Made by a program: the position numbers and the translations under genes. Under the pieces are notes generated by a model. That model searched no databases and was not told the DNA's origin. It worked only from the letters and a program-made list of their open reading frames with translations. This document shows positions 47,321 through 61,200 of a stretch of DNA of 64,000 bases, piece by piece (position 1 is the first letter of the stretch; the number at the start of each line of letters is the position of its first letter). The DNA is from Bugula neritina (taxonomy: Eukaryota > Animalia > Bryozoa), in contig OZ037768.1 in the NCBI GenBank assembly GCA_964035545.1, positions 5,488,741 to 5,552,740 on the forward strand, read 5' to 3'.

Positions 47321-48435
47321 ATCATTATAATAATGATTTCATACAAGAAAAACATGTCTGCTTATGCCACATAAACTTGGGCCCGCATTAGCCTTTCCTC
47401 AGAATATTATGTGAGTAAAAATCGGCATTGAAAAGCTGCCATGCAACAAATGTATACTTTGAGATTAAATATGTTATTGAAAAATAAATCATGATTTAAT
47501 TAGCAGCAGCTGGTAGTTTTCACCAAGCACCTGAAACACTTCGTATGCAAAGTTTTGTACTTTATGCTTAAATTGGAAACTTTTCCTCCCACTCCACCTT
47601 TATCCTTGCTCCCAGCAGATTTGCTGTTATTCTCAATGATTTTTCTTGTTGCTTTAGGCCGATAATATATTCTCTTCCGTCAGCATGCATTATTATTTAC
47701 ATATACATAAATTATATTAGAATAGTTAGTAGTATGCCATAGCATTGCTGATAGCACATCACAGAGTGTTGATTACTTACTATACTATACTAGAATATTG
47801 TTTTGCAATATTACATCCTATGCGTCTTCATTATTCCTGTGTGCTGTATAATTTTTCAGCTTTGTTTACCTACACAGGTAGTTTGGACTCTGTGGAAGCT
47901 TGCAGTTAATAATTTTTTACTTTAATTGCTTTTTTTAATATCAAGTAATATTTAAAAACATTTATAATGAAGCTATGTACCATAATGTTCCTTACATAGC
48001 CTACTCAGTTGGACTTTTATAATAAAAATGCAAAAGAACAAAAGGCAAAGTTTTACAATTTCAGCTGCTAAATTTAGGGTTTGCATCAATTCGTTCAATG
48101 AACCCGCAGCAGCCACCCCTAAGACCTGTAGCACTTTACTGTGTGACCTTTGTGAATCAGCCCACACACCATTTACTATGGTGATGTAAACGCCAATTGG
48201 CTTGAAGCAACACAATGCAGCATGTAGTACATAAATTATATTTATTTGACAAGAATATAATATAGGATGCCAAAAAATAAACACATTTCAACATAGCACT
48301 ATCACATCATTCATAACTGTAAAAATAGTTTATTTACAAAAAGCAGTTTAATATTGGACTTGGTTAACAATGATCAACACGAACTAGCTTGAGCCAAATA
48401 AATAAATTATGATTGGAATAAAGAAGTTTATCAGA

Positions 48436-48508
48436 TATCATATTATATATTATTATATTATATACTATTATATTATATATTATTATATTATATCATATAT
48501 TATTATTT
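48436..48508. repeat. (TATTA/TATAT)n AT-rich microsatellite
   Basis: Directly visible. Confidence 0.8.
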
Positions 48509-49270
48509 AAAAAAATAACAAGATGGACTGCAAGACCACTACATACATTATGAATGTATGATATGTAGATATTATATATACTTATATGTTATATGTTATA
48601 TATTATATCTGTATATATTAAATAAATTAAATTTTACCCAACTGTTTTATGTACAAACATAGCATATAAATGCGGTGTTTTTGGACGGTTTATGATAAGA
48701 GGAATATTTTCTTGTATATAATAAATTAGTAGTAAATAATAAAACAAAATATTCATATACCGAAATCAAAACGATACAATTAAATAATTAAGCTAAGTAT
48801 AAATAAATAATTTAGAAAAAACTTAAATACAAGTGATGGACGGGTGGATAAGGATAGAACAAAAGTCATTAATAAAACAACGCAAACTAATTTAATAATT
48901 TTAAACAATGGTTCAACTTCTAGATGGATGTGGTACACACGCCTCAACAATAAAAAAATTCATTGAATTCCGGTGGGATTCACATGAATACATAATCTTG
49001 TAATGTCTAACACAACAAGTCCATTGAGAATTAAAGAAATATAATAATCCTACATAGGCATCTAAAAGCACAGAATACATAATTATTCAACAAAAATAGT
49101 GCTGGCTATAAACTAACAGCAGACATTTGGAAAGTGTTTTTCAAAATCAATCGGAGTGAGCACATTGCGCAATAACTGTATACATTTCAAGTGAGCAAAA
49201 CTTCAGTAACATCATCAAAAATATATAACAGGAAATACTATCAGTACGACCATATTAACAAGAAAATACT

Positions 49271-52200
49271 TTATTTGCGGTGAGGATTGTGTATGTGAGA
49301 GAAATGATACGGAGGGTTGCACAGTGAGGCAGACATGGAGTAATATTTGTTCTCCTTCAGCACCTCCTCTATTACACCATTTAGTTGGCTGTAGGAAATC
49401 CCATGTGTGATATCTTTTTCAAGACCACCTGCGGAATCAGACAAAATGTCACATGTACGGCAATGAAATTTACCTCCCAGTTCAATCATCCGGAAGTGTT
49501 TATCACCATCTAATTCATGTACTAATTTAATGACATTAATAGCAATGATTATTTTACTTGCAAAGAAAAGTATTAAATAGAATAAATTCACAACTATATA
49601 ATTTATATGGCCTCCTAACTATACAGCCTCCTAACTTGGTACTCATAACTCAGTCAACTATTTTACTCACTTTCATGATCAATGGCCGATCCATTAAGAG
49701 GCTTGGTGTGGTTGGTTGCAGTAGCACCTTGAAGGTCAAAGTTTCCAAAATTTATATCTACTAAATCTGCTGAATTTTCTGCCAGTTTTGTGAGCTCAAT
49801 TTTCAAATGAGTAGAGCTTGTATTTTGTAGAAATAAAGTTCGTTTGAATTTATCCACAATACTACGACATGGATTGTGAGAGAGAGATGGAGGTAGCTGT
49901 GAGATGTAAATGATTTTATGCAATACATTGAGCAACTGCTGAATTGGATCTATCTCTTTCACTTTACTGGGAGAAATGGAGAACGTATTGGCCCCGTTTC
50001 CTGTACTCACTAGAAATACAATGTTTAGTAGTAAACTGATTCAGTCAGCTTGGCAAAATAAATGTAAACATAACACAAGTTTTTTAAACGACATTTGCTA
50101 CAAAACATGAAAATAAATGCCAAAGTATTTGTTTGACAGCCACTGATTTGCCTTTGTTTATTACTAAAACACAAGAGTGATTTGCTTAGGTTAAAAAATA
50201 CGGTGAAATGATCAGTGAACTTATAGCCATAGAATAACTCCTGTCTCATAGTATAAACTACAATAACAGTAGCCTGCTGGGTACGCAAATAACACCAACT
50301 GAGAAGGTAAATGCTATGCTGTATATGATTAATCTGCTACTTGCAGTGTCACATACCAGGACGCTTTTTGCCACCACTTCTCTCCCGCTTCCGTCTGTCA
50401 ACTGCGGGACTGCTGAGACTTCTGAGGAATATCTGAGAGACTTTACCATTTGGAGACGGTTCACCAGCCGAGCTGCTGCCAGAGTCCCTGGCTCCGTATC
50501 TGGCGAGTGCTGCAAGAGATACAGAGTCAGCATGTCTCTTTCTTATGTTCCATTCATCAACTAATAGTTGTTTCAAACATACTCATTCATATATTTAATC
50601 ATAAGATTTTGTTTTCCTAATACACATAGAGAGTAAATCAAATCATTGTTATTAAGATAGTTACAACACTTACGAGGTATCTGTACTTCAAGGTTGCTTC
50701 TCAAGTCAGACTTGTTAGAACGAGGTGCGGGCGGTGGTTTTTGCGTCTTGAAAGCATTTGAAAGTACCGTGCTGCCGTTACTGTCACTACTAGACAAGTC
50801 AGCTTCATCGTCTCCACTTGCACCTCCTTGAAATATTCCACAAGAAATTGACATGTGGCCATAAAGAAGTTGCGATATGTACAAATTTATGAAATGCTAT
50901 GCAATTTTTCATGATTAGAAAGTTCAATACATTCTGAAACTCTTTTTTTTCAAACAATCAATTAACAAAATCTACAAAGCAAACATAGATTATGATAAAC
51001 CAATGTTACCATTGTACATCTGCAATAAACTTTTATAGTTTTATTGCTAATATCATAGACTTTTGAAAAATGTGCTCTCTAAAATTCTCATGTTTTACTG
51101 TCGCTAATAAATTACTGGCTCACCTAACAAGTTATTGTTTGGGTCCACCATATAGTGATTGCTGATTCCATGCTGAGCAGCTGAAACACTCATGCTACCA
51201 CTTTGGGAGTTTGCCAACTTGTCATATCTTTCTTGTGTAGCCATAAACAACTTCTGGTAACTATTTTTGTAGTCATTGGCTTTGCTATGGTGCCTTTGTG
51301 TCCTCTTTCTTTCCTTCTCCAACTTTCTCTCTAAAGAGAATTGCTTGTGTCGTACAGACTCCAAATGTAGCATCATTTCCTCAACTATGAAGCTGGCCAC
51401 ACCCACAATATCAGGTCTTTCTGCGGGTTTCACAGTCAAGCACCTAGAAGAGAGTTTGATAACAACTTGCATAAAGAGGCGTAGTTTACTATGTTATGTG
51501 TTACATTTACTTTTATATTCAAGCATGTAAACTAAACTTCTTGCTACTCATATAAAATAGCAAACCATAATCTATAGACTATTACATACATTTATTTTAC
51601 CCGATATTGTAAAAACATCTTCTAAAATTATTCATGTACAAAAGTGAATACAACATGAAATTTAGAACGTAGTTTCATAAATCAATAGAGCTGATGTAAG
51701 CAAAGTAAAGATGAATAAAGAGCAACAGGGAACCTAAAACTTCATTTCCTCTACAAGAAATGAACATGTGTTCAAATCCTTTATTTTTTTCAAGCGAAAT
51801 ATTACTAAGCATGTATTTAAATAAATAATTATTCTTTCGAAATGGTTAATACAGAAGCTAAGATTTAGTAAGTAATTATCACCTGTACATTATTGCTTGT
51901 GATAACTGACAACATAATTACTTTGGCAACGTTTAGATCAAAGGTAGACATGACATTTATCATCACCACATGAGCCGACATAAGTGTTTATGCATAAAGT
52001 TTCAATAGAACCATACAACAGCACATGAAATCATTACCAAGTATCGGCCAAAAAGCACCAAACAATTAGATAACTTATACTTGTCTACTGGTGAATTCAT
52101 ATAATAGCTTTTCAGTATATATTCATACTTTGAAATCGTGCTCTCTATCTTTTTAGAATAAGCACCTTCAGTGAGGGGTTTGTAAGAGCCAGCGACAATA

Positions 52201-55200
52201 GCACTAGCCAAGGCTAACATGTTACTTGTGCTAAATGGAGGACTCAGCGTGCACATTTGATACAATATACAGCCAATAGCCCATATGTCTGCCTTCTCTC
52301 CATAGGGATGATTTTGCACAATTTCTGGGCTAAAGAAGACAGAAAACTATACTATATTATTCACATCCAATTTACAGCAAATTTTAGAAATTTAAAATGC
52401 ATTTAAATATTCATTCTACAATAAAACAAGTATACTGTACTCAGTAAATATTCTCCATAATCTAGCAGTCTAGTGGTCATAGTCTCTTATATGCATATTA
52501 TGTTAAATTTTAGATACTTCGCCAAGACACACATGTATTAGGAATAACTAAACCAGGCATACAAGCTTTTCTATGATTATATAAGGAATTATCTTACCAT
52601 GAATACTGTAAAGTACCCACGGTAGATCTCATATACTGTGCATCTGCTTTCTTGTGTTTGGCCAATCCAAAATCAGCTAAAAATATTTAAATCATATATG
52701 TTCAACAATATTGACACTATACACACAAGAAGGCATGGAAACCAGCAGTGATGGTGTCACTAGAATGCATGTACTTAGTTTTTCTGAACCAGAATAAGAG
52801 AGCTAGTCACTTACTTATAGTGACTTTGTCATTTTCACTCAGCATGATGTTGTTTGGTGTCAAGTCTCGGTGGACAATACTCTTCTCTTTGTGAAGGTAC
52901 CGCAGAGCAAGCACCATCTGAATGAAGATGTTCCAAATACGAGACTCTGAGAATGTTTCTTTCTTCTCCTTTAGAGACTGAAAATGTTCACCAATTGGGG
53001 CTCCGTCGATCAGCTCCATCACAATGCAAAGCTTGTTCGACTCTGTTGCAAGACAAGTAAAACAACCAATCATAGACTGAGAACAATTTTTACGACATAC
53101 AAGAATTTTTACATACACTTTTTTTACTCATTTCATTTACACTGTCATCTGCAAATCTTAAAGAAATACTTATAAATAGCGTGATCCACTAATATAAGCA
53201 CAAAATCACCATGATGAAATATTTGTTGACTGACTTTTTTTCTAGAATAAAGCGTATTGAAGATTAAGAAACTCACCAACAGTGAATGTTCTGTAGTACT
53301 TGACAACGTTGGGATGTTTCAACTCGTCTCGTATGATGTTAATCTCACTGATTATCTCTCCTGCACTTTTATCTCGATCTTTGACGTTCTTTGCTATCAT
53401 TGCTAGGTTTACCTAAAGTCATCAAATTTTCTTATAGCTTTTCGATCATTGCAAGAACAGCATTCAAATTGGATGATTTGAACCAAATCTCAAAATTAAA
53501 ATAACTAGTAAAAATTATTATGCTATTTTAACCAAAATATACTGAATACAAAATTTACAATAAAACTTTCACCCAACATTAGTCTATGTTTTAAATGTAC
53601 TGTACTCAACTGAAAGTAAGTGATCAAATATTTACCAACTATGTTTGACAAAGACAGCTGAAGAAATGCTGGTAAGCATGTCATACCTGGGCCCTAGTCA
53701 AATTGTTTGATGGTATTCGGTCACCCACCACTTATATCATTAGAAGGCTTAGTATTTACTTAATCCACTGACTTAATTGATTGAATTCACTAAAATGCCA
53801 TGTTACAGAAGAAAAATGCGCCATCATGTAAGGTTAAATATACCCGCTACCCAAACAGGACAGAGCAGAGATAGGAGAGGATAGATGAGGATGTAACGTT
53901 AAATATTACTTGAATTGTTTCTAAAGTGTAAAGACACTATTTTGACAAAAATCAAGCTGATTAATGGCAAGGAAGAATTCTAAATAGCAAAAGATCTTTA
54001 GAGAATAGCAGGATTTTTATAAAATACATACACGGAAAATATATTTTCTCAATTCACAACTGACAATGCTTACTTCTTTCAGAGCAAAATATTCTTGGGT
54101 ACGATTTCTTTTGCGAACTTTGCAGACACTACCAAACGCCCCACAGCCCAGTTGCTCCAACACAGCGTATTCTTCTATAAACTGACTTATCTCTCTCTGC
54201 TGGTTGGTGCTTTCAATACTCTCTTTTAGGTCAGACAACTCCGACTCCTTAAAGCAAAATCATGAAACATAACAAAAGTGTGTTTATAATGTGAGTGTGA
54301 GGCATACAAGCATAGCTACATAATATTAATACAAATTTATAATATTGCATAAACTTGCATACGTTACGTGTATACTACTATATATACTATATACTACTAT
54401 ATATACTATATAATATATACTACTATATATATTATATACTACTATATATATTATATACTACTACATATACTATATACTATTGCAAGTTTGATTTTTAATT
54501 ACAAAATTCAACAATTAACCACTATTCATAATTCATCACTAAGAATGTATAAGATAAACGTCTTGCTTGCTTTTAACGCACAGGATATGCCATAAAAATA
54601 TTAACTAACTTTTTCAGTTATAGCAATAAATCAAGGTGTAGTAAAGCAAGAAATTGCTAATACATTTTTATAATATTAAAACATAATAAAGTCAAATACA
54701 ATGAGAAGGCAACTCCAAAATAAAATGTTTACATACTAAATGGTTTCAGAGTGCTCCAATGTAGAGAGATATTGCATATATACACTTACTGGTAGGGCAT
54801 TCAGCATGTCTACCACAGATTGATACTTCTCAATATTGTGAACGTAGTGACCAATATTAGTGAACGCTGTGAAGATTGTGTGCGACTTGTGAAAAATCCT
54901 CTGAAACATTCGGCGATTGCCCTCCTTGCTAAAGAGAAACCTCAATGTCCTCAGAGCATTTTTCTGAAAATTAAATCCAGCACGATTTATAATTTAGTTA
55001 GCAGTTAAACTATATGCTTACAGAGTCTCTAATTAATATCACAAAATGTTAAATATGAGTATTAATTATACACAACTTAAATTTTACACACTATTTCTTG
55101 GGTTGAAAGTTTCATGGTTCTAGTGTTGTTGATCAAATATACATCATGAGGGGAAAACTCCAAGCTTCAACTGATGAAATTTGTTATGCAACTATTTAGA

Positions 55201-58200
55201 TTGGGCCAAACAAAAAAAGCAAACTTTTAAAAATATGTCTAGTCATGAAAACTCTGTTTAGAGAAATGTTTTAATTTTCTGACTCAGTATATTGAAATAT
55301 TACTAAATATAATCTCAAGAAGTTAGGAAATCTCTATTGACATTTTGTATAAACTGTTTACATAACACAAACAAGTTGGTTGTTTTAAATGACTTGTTTA
55401 CTGGACAAATATAACTACTGCATTTCATTAGCTTATCATGCTATTATCTTAAAAATGTCGACATTAAAAGTTGATGTTTTAATAGCTGCTGACGTACTAA
55501 ATGCATGCAGACTTGACAGCTCATATTAAACAAATATTTGCATTGATTTGATTTTAGAAAGTATTTTGAACATGATTTTAATAAAACACAGAAAACATAT
55601 CCGGAATGTAAAAAAAATTAAATATTATACTAAATAAATATTTGTAGACAAGAGACCCCACCTGTAGTGTCTGAGTGACTTTGTAACGCTTCACGTCTGG
55701 CAGCACAAGCAGGCCAATAGCGTAGACTCCATTGTTACTCACAATCTGCTGAGAGTTGTGGTCGTTTCTGATGAGTTGTGTTAAGGCAGCGCAACATGCT
55801 GACTTGAGAAGACAGACCTACAGCATAGCAACATTAAAATAGAGTTGTGTCATTTCAGTAGAAAACCAAATTAAATTTAAAACAATTAAAGTATGCAACA
55901 AGTATCAAAAATTCGCTCATACACATTGTTTTAAAATGCAATGACCTAAAAAAATTAAAGAGTTTTAAACTAATTCATTTAATATAGTTTACTTATGAAA
56001 ATTGGTAAAAATGCTATTCTCAACAGAGCTAACCAAGTGTCTGTTAGAAATGCTGATCTCAAGCTTTATACCCAACAGTGTGACTGAAACTAATAAAAAG
56101 ATTAGTAAATAATCAATCAATCATTTTAGCAAAAACCTGACTTCATGAAAACTACTGGTTTTATTAATTTAGCTTAGTTTAGCAAAGATAAACTGTTCTT
56201 TCTAACTGCGGGGGGGGGGGGGCGTACCTGTTCAACCATTTCTTCAGAGATGCCATTAGCAACGACAGCACCATTAGAGTCATCTGAACTAACACTGAAC
56301 AGTTGTCTAGCAACCTGCCGGCCACCCAGAGTAGCTGACGTGGGGGTCGGTAGTTCAGAATCGTTAGAATATTTCCTGTCCCTACATGCAACACAATATT
56401 TACAAAATTCATATAATTAAATTTTAGTCATATTTTATACACAGTAGACAAGCAGAACATTATTTAATACAAAGAGAGTTACAAATGAAAGATGTATGAG
56501 TTTGCATGCACTGACCGTAGGAGATTCAGAAGAAGTGGGATAACTCCAGAACTGCGTAACTCATTAGATGTATCAATGTCTTCAGCCAGTTGAACAATGC
56601 ACCAGATAATATTTCTCAGTAGCTTTAGGTCACAACCGTCTAACAAGCTGTTCATACAACATGAAAACTCATACATGTAATACACACTCAATAGTACGAC
56701 GTGTCTTCATTTCATCAGCCATGTAACAGTGTACTGTATTGTATAATATACTGCATGCACTAAAAGATGCATTTCAAAACCGCAGGCAACTCCCACAGAA
56801 TATAATGATATTGAACATACAAATACATTTAAGTTTAAATAAAACAGCTGCCAAAGTTTAAATTAGGGAGCCAGAAAATAATTGTTGCCTTTGGAGTTAT
56901 AGCACATGTTACTGTATCATGGGAGACAACTTTTTTTTGCTATGTCATCATGTGTTGTTATTACTGTATAAAACGACCAGCTAGTAGTCTGTATCAAATT
57001 GTTGCATGCAGGTAAATACCATAGACTATTAAAACATTTTACTGCTGGGCTAGAGCTGGGTTTGATAATAATAGTTATTATAGTTATTATAATAATACAG
57101 AATACAAAATCCAATAAATTATATTAATTATACAGTCTAATTTAAATTAAGGCTTGCACAAATAATTAAAAATTCTTTTTTAATAGTTCAGTAAATAAGA
57201 CCACCAAAACACTGCTATAAAATGAGTTAGACACTTATGACAGGTCAATACAAGCTGATATGACATAATAGACTATACTTTATATATTATTATATTATAT
57301 TATTACTAAACTCTATATATTACTATATTTTTATATACAAAAGCCTGCCACAATATACAAATCTGATAGAGGACTGAATGTAAGAGTAAGGTTAACTACA
57401 TTTTTGAAAAAAATTAAACCTGTGATATTTCTATATTGTATATAATTCTATGTTTAGTACCTGAGAAGCTGGGGTATTCCATCATACACTCTCACTAACT
57501 CTCTTCGAACTTGACTGTCTCCACACAGAGTCTTGAGTAACTTGGAAGCATATCTGTATAGTTACAACACTTTTTATGTATTATATAATATATGTTCTAT
57601 ATATACACACACACACATCAATCTATGTTTAAAGGCATGATAGTTATAGTGTATAACAACCAAGAGGCATATCAGTTTCTATAAGTTAATTTAGTTTCTT
57701 AATAGCTAGTGGCATTCTACCAAATTAAACATTGCAAAATCTAAGCTCTACCAACACAACTACGTTCTCATGAATCATCAGTAAACTTTATCCATAAAAA
57801 TAACTGTGACCCTTTAATTTTAGTTTTAATTATCAACTCTGCTAGATTAGTAAATTCTATTTACACCTGATTTGCACTTATTTGGACAAGGTAACTAGAC
57901 CCAGAGTAGCCAATCTCATGACCGTAAGTTACACCTCTCAACAAATTATATTTAAATATTTTACAACACTAAGGAACAATTGGTAATTGTAATTCTATCA
58001 ATAAAGCAATCATTTGAAACTGTTGAATAGTTTGGATTGTAAACATAGAAGTATTCATCTTGCTCTAGCAGTCTATTATTCAAGGTTATGTTGCATAAAA
58101 ATGACTTCAACTGCCTTGTTAAACAAACTTTAGTTTATTTTAAAAATAGCTTTAGATTGCAGTTTGCTAATCAAATTAGTGTCAACATGAGCCCAGTATG

Positions 58201-61200
58201 AGTCTAAAACCACCTACCTCTTAGAATCTAAGTCGTAGTCTTGAAATATTTCAAGGATGATCTCAATGCAATTGAGTTGACCAACTGCACACCTCGTACT
58301 TTCACTGAAACACATGAATAATTCAACTTAACTCACTGCAAACTTATCACAATGCAAAGAATAATTTGATTAATCAGTTTGAGTTCAGCAGAATGAAAGA
58401 AACCACAGAATGCAAACTGACTTCACTTGAAAAGCTCTACCAAAAATTACAAACTAAATGAAACTAAATTAAAAAAATATGCCTTTCTGGCTAATAATGT
58501 TTAAATGGCCAAATAAAAAGTGTAACCATATTATAAACATCACATTATCAATGATATATATCATAGAGTAAATGTTAGCAACATGATGAATGTAGGAGAA
58601 GTAACCTCTGAACCAGGTCTTGTAGAGAATACAGAGTACAGTGTAGCAGAGTCACATTTCCAGTGCTGAGTAACATGACCAGTGGTCTATGAGCTTCATG
58701 CTTTACTATCAACTCTCTGTGAGTGGATGAGAAACTGGACAACTTCTGGAATATATCTGCAACAGACATGTAAGTCATAGCTAGAGGTCAATGTTGTCTA
58801 CTCTGAGGCTAAGCAGCCTGTCGTCGCCGTGGTGAATACACGGTTTATAAGTTTGAGAAGTTTTTGCCTGGCTAGAAACCTGAGCTTAGAAATGTGGAGA
58901 GAGCCCTATTCACTGAGTTCCATTAGACTAAAGGTTCGCTCTCATTGCTAGGTCAGTTGGTGTCAGTAGGTGCCACAAAAATTACGATTATTAGTTTCTG
59001 GATTTACTGCAGTCACTCTAATTGACTCCCAAATGAATATTACCTCATTTCCAAAAAAATTCATCAAAAAATTCATGTGTAAAACTTTTACTTCTTAGCC
59101 ATCATTAAAAATAAAGTGTGGTATTAATTTAGATACAGCAATTAATATTCCCAAAACATAGTGAATGTTTATATTTTAATAATTCGAATTTTCATCACAA
59201 GAAAATTTTTTCTATCCTTTGGCTTACATAACTGCTGTTTAAATTATATCCTTGCTCATCAGTGGACTAAGAAAAAGTTTGACCAATTCGTGAAACTGAC
59301 AGAATCTACACATCAACTGGTGTCATAGGTAAGAGCAATGAGAATAAATATGAACTGTATAAGACCCTGTGGCCTACTGTTCATTACACCTGACATACTA
59401 ATTGCTATTTACTAAGGCAGTTCATATGACTATTACAAACTTTATCAACTTGCATCAATGATTTTACACACTCCAAGATAATATCTTTGAAACATAAGTA
59501 GTATTGATTAGCTTTATTGTTGTATATTTTCTCTAAAAATCATCAATAAATCATAATCACTCCACTGCTACATTCAAACAAAACATAAATGAAGCTTTCA
59601 TAAGAATTATTCAATATTCTGATGCTTCAACGCTCAGAAGTAAGCCGAATTGTTCATATTTGTTTGTGTAACGCATTCTACACCGTGTTGCGGCTCACAA
59701 TATAAACACTGTTACATTTTATCAGTTAGAATCATGTTTGCGTAACTTATAATTTGGAAATAATGTAGTGCATACTTTCACATACTCTCCAGTTAGATTA
59801 TAGAAACTGCTATTTATAGTTAGTTACGTTTTACAGTTTTAAAATCAATATGATGAAACTTTATTTATTAAAACCTTTCAGAAAAAAGCTGTAAGCCTAG
59901 TTGATAGTGTCCATTAATAGAACCTAATTTTACCATTTCAAAAAAATCATCTGGAATACCACTATAATACTGTCTGTTCACATTATAACACTACTACCAT
60001 CATAGTGCTTTACCATAGTACTATTGTATATCATGTTATATAATATCACAGTACTCTTGTACTATGGTTGTGGGTATCGTTTGTGAATGGTTTGTAATCT
60101 CACAGAATTGCTGACTTATAATCAGCAGCTAATTAATGTCCTTCATGTCAGACAAGTATTTAATCTGCTATAATACGAAATCAGTGACCGGATTTATTGT
60201 CTCCTGCCTTTTAGTTCATCCTTCTAATTATTTCTCTGTATTTTGCTATAGAAATGACATAAAGTAACCCCACATTCTGGAAAGTCATATAGCTGTGCGA
60301 GCAGATTGAATAAAAGACACATATTTCAACTAATCACAAATACTATTAAAACCTGTTAACATGAGAATGGTCACTCTTCCATTTATCAAAAACTACATGC
60401 TCCATCTTTTCATTATTTGGGCAATTTCAACATTTTTAGAGTTGCTTTATTTTTACGTTGAATTGAAGTATCTTGATTTCAAGTGGAGCTGACCACCTCC
60501 ATGTTATAGAGTAGAGCACAGTTTGAAGCAGCTAAACTGGCACATAACTAATTTTCATTAAATCTTAGTTTAATTTTAAGCCGGCATAAACAAGGGAACT
60601 TTAGGTGCAATAATGGAGAAATTAAAAAAGCATGTGTTCTAGATAAGAAATGTAGCAAAAGAAGTTACATTTTCATAAAAATTTCAACCCTTCCAAAAAC
60701 CAAAACTTAAGAAGAAAATTTTTCTATTTCTGCAGCTAAATAGTAGTAGCTCAGTAAAGCAGTGTACTATGAGCCAACAGTGTAATAGTTATAGTTATAG
60801 TTGATACTCACTGGTCATCTCTATGAGGATCTTGTCAGCAAACAAAGTCTCTTCCTCAGACAGATACCGCATGACAGTTGATTGGAAGAACTCGCAGAAC
60901 TTTGGCAGACCGCCAAGTTTGACAAACATTTCCTGATAGGTTGAGTCTCTCATAAGCATTCTCATAACTGTCATCACCCGGAAGATGTTCTCAAGGGGGG
61001 CTCTGTCTGTCCACACTCTATAAATAGATAATATTATCAAGAACTTCAACTATAAACTAGTAAAAATATTGTCCAACATGCCTACATAAATTCCTTCCAC
61101 ACACCCATTAGAATCAGCATATTTAAAATACTATTCACTCAATTTTACTTTTAACGGCTCAATATTTAACCAATTTATTGTTTTGTATATTATAAATTGT

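Noticed and set aside
48051-48189. Plus-strand acceptor followed by a short Cys-containing frame (…VCINSF…TCSTLLCDLCE…), and the 103-aa minus ORF 47973-48284
   Set aside because: No convincing start exon, motif or family; it could equally be NEK10 3' flank.
56210-56222. G13 run next to a NEK10 donor
   Set aside because: Isolated intronic homopolymer with no evidence of function; length may be assembly-sensitive.
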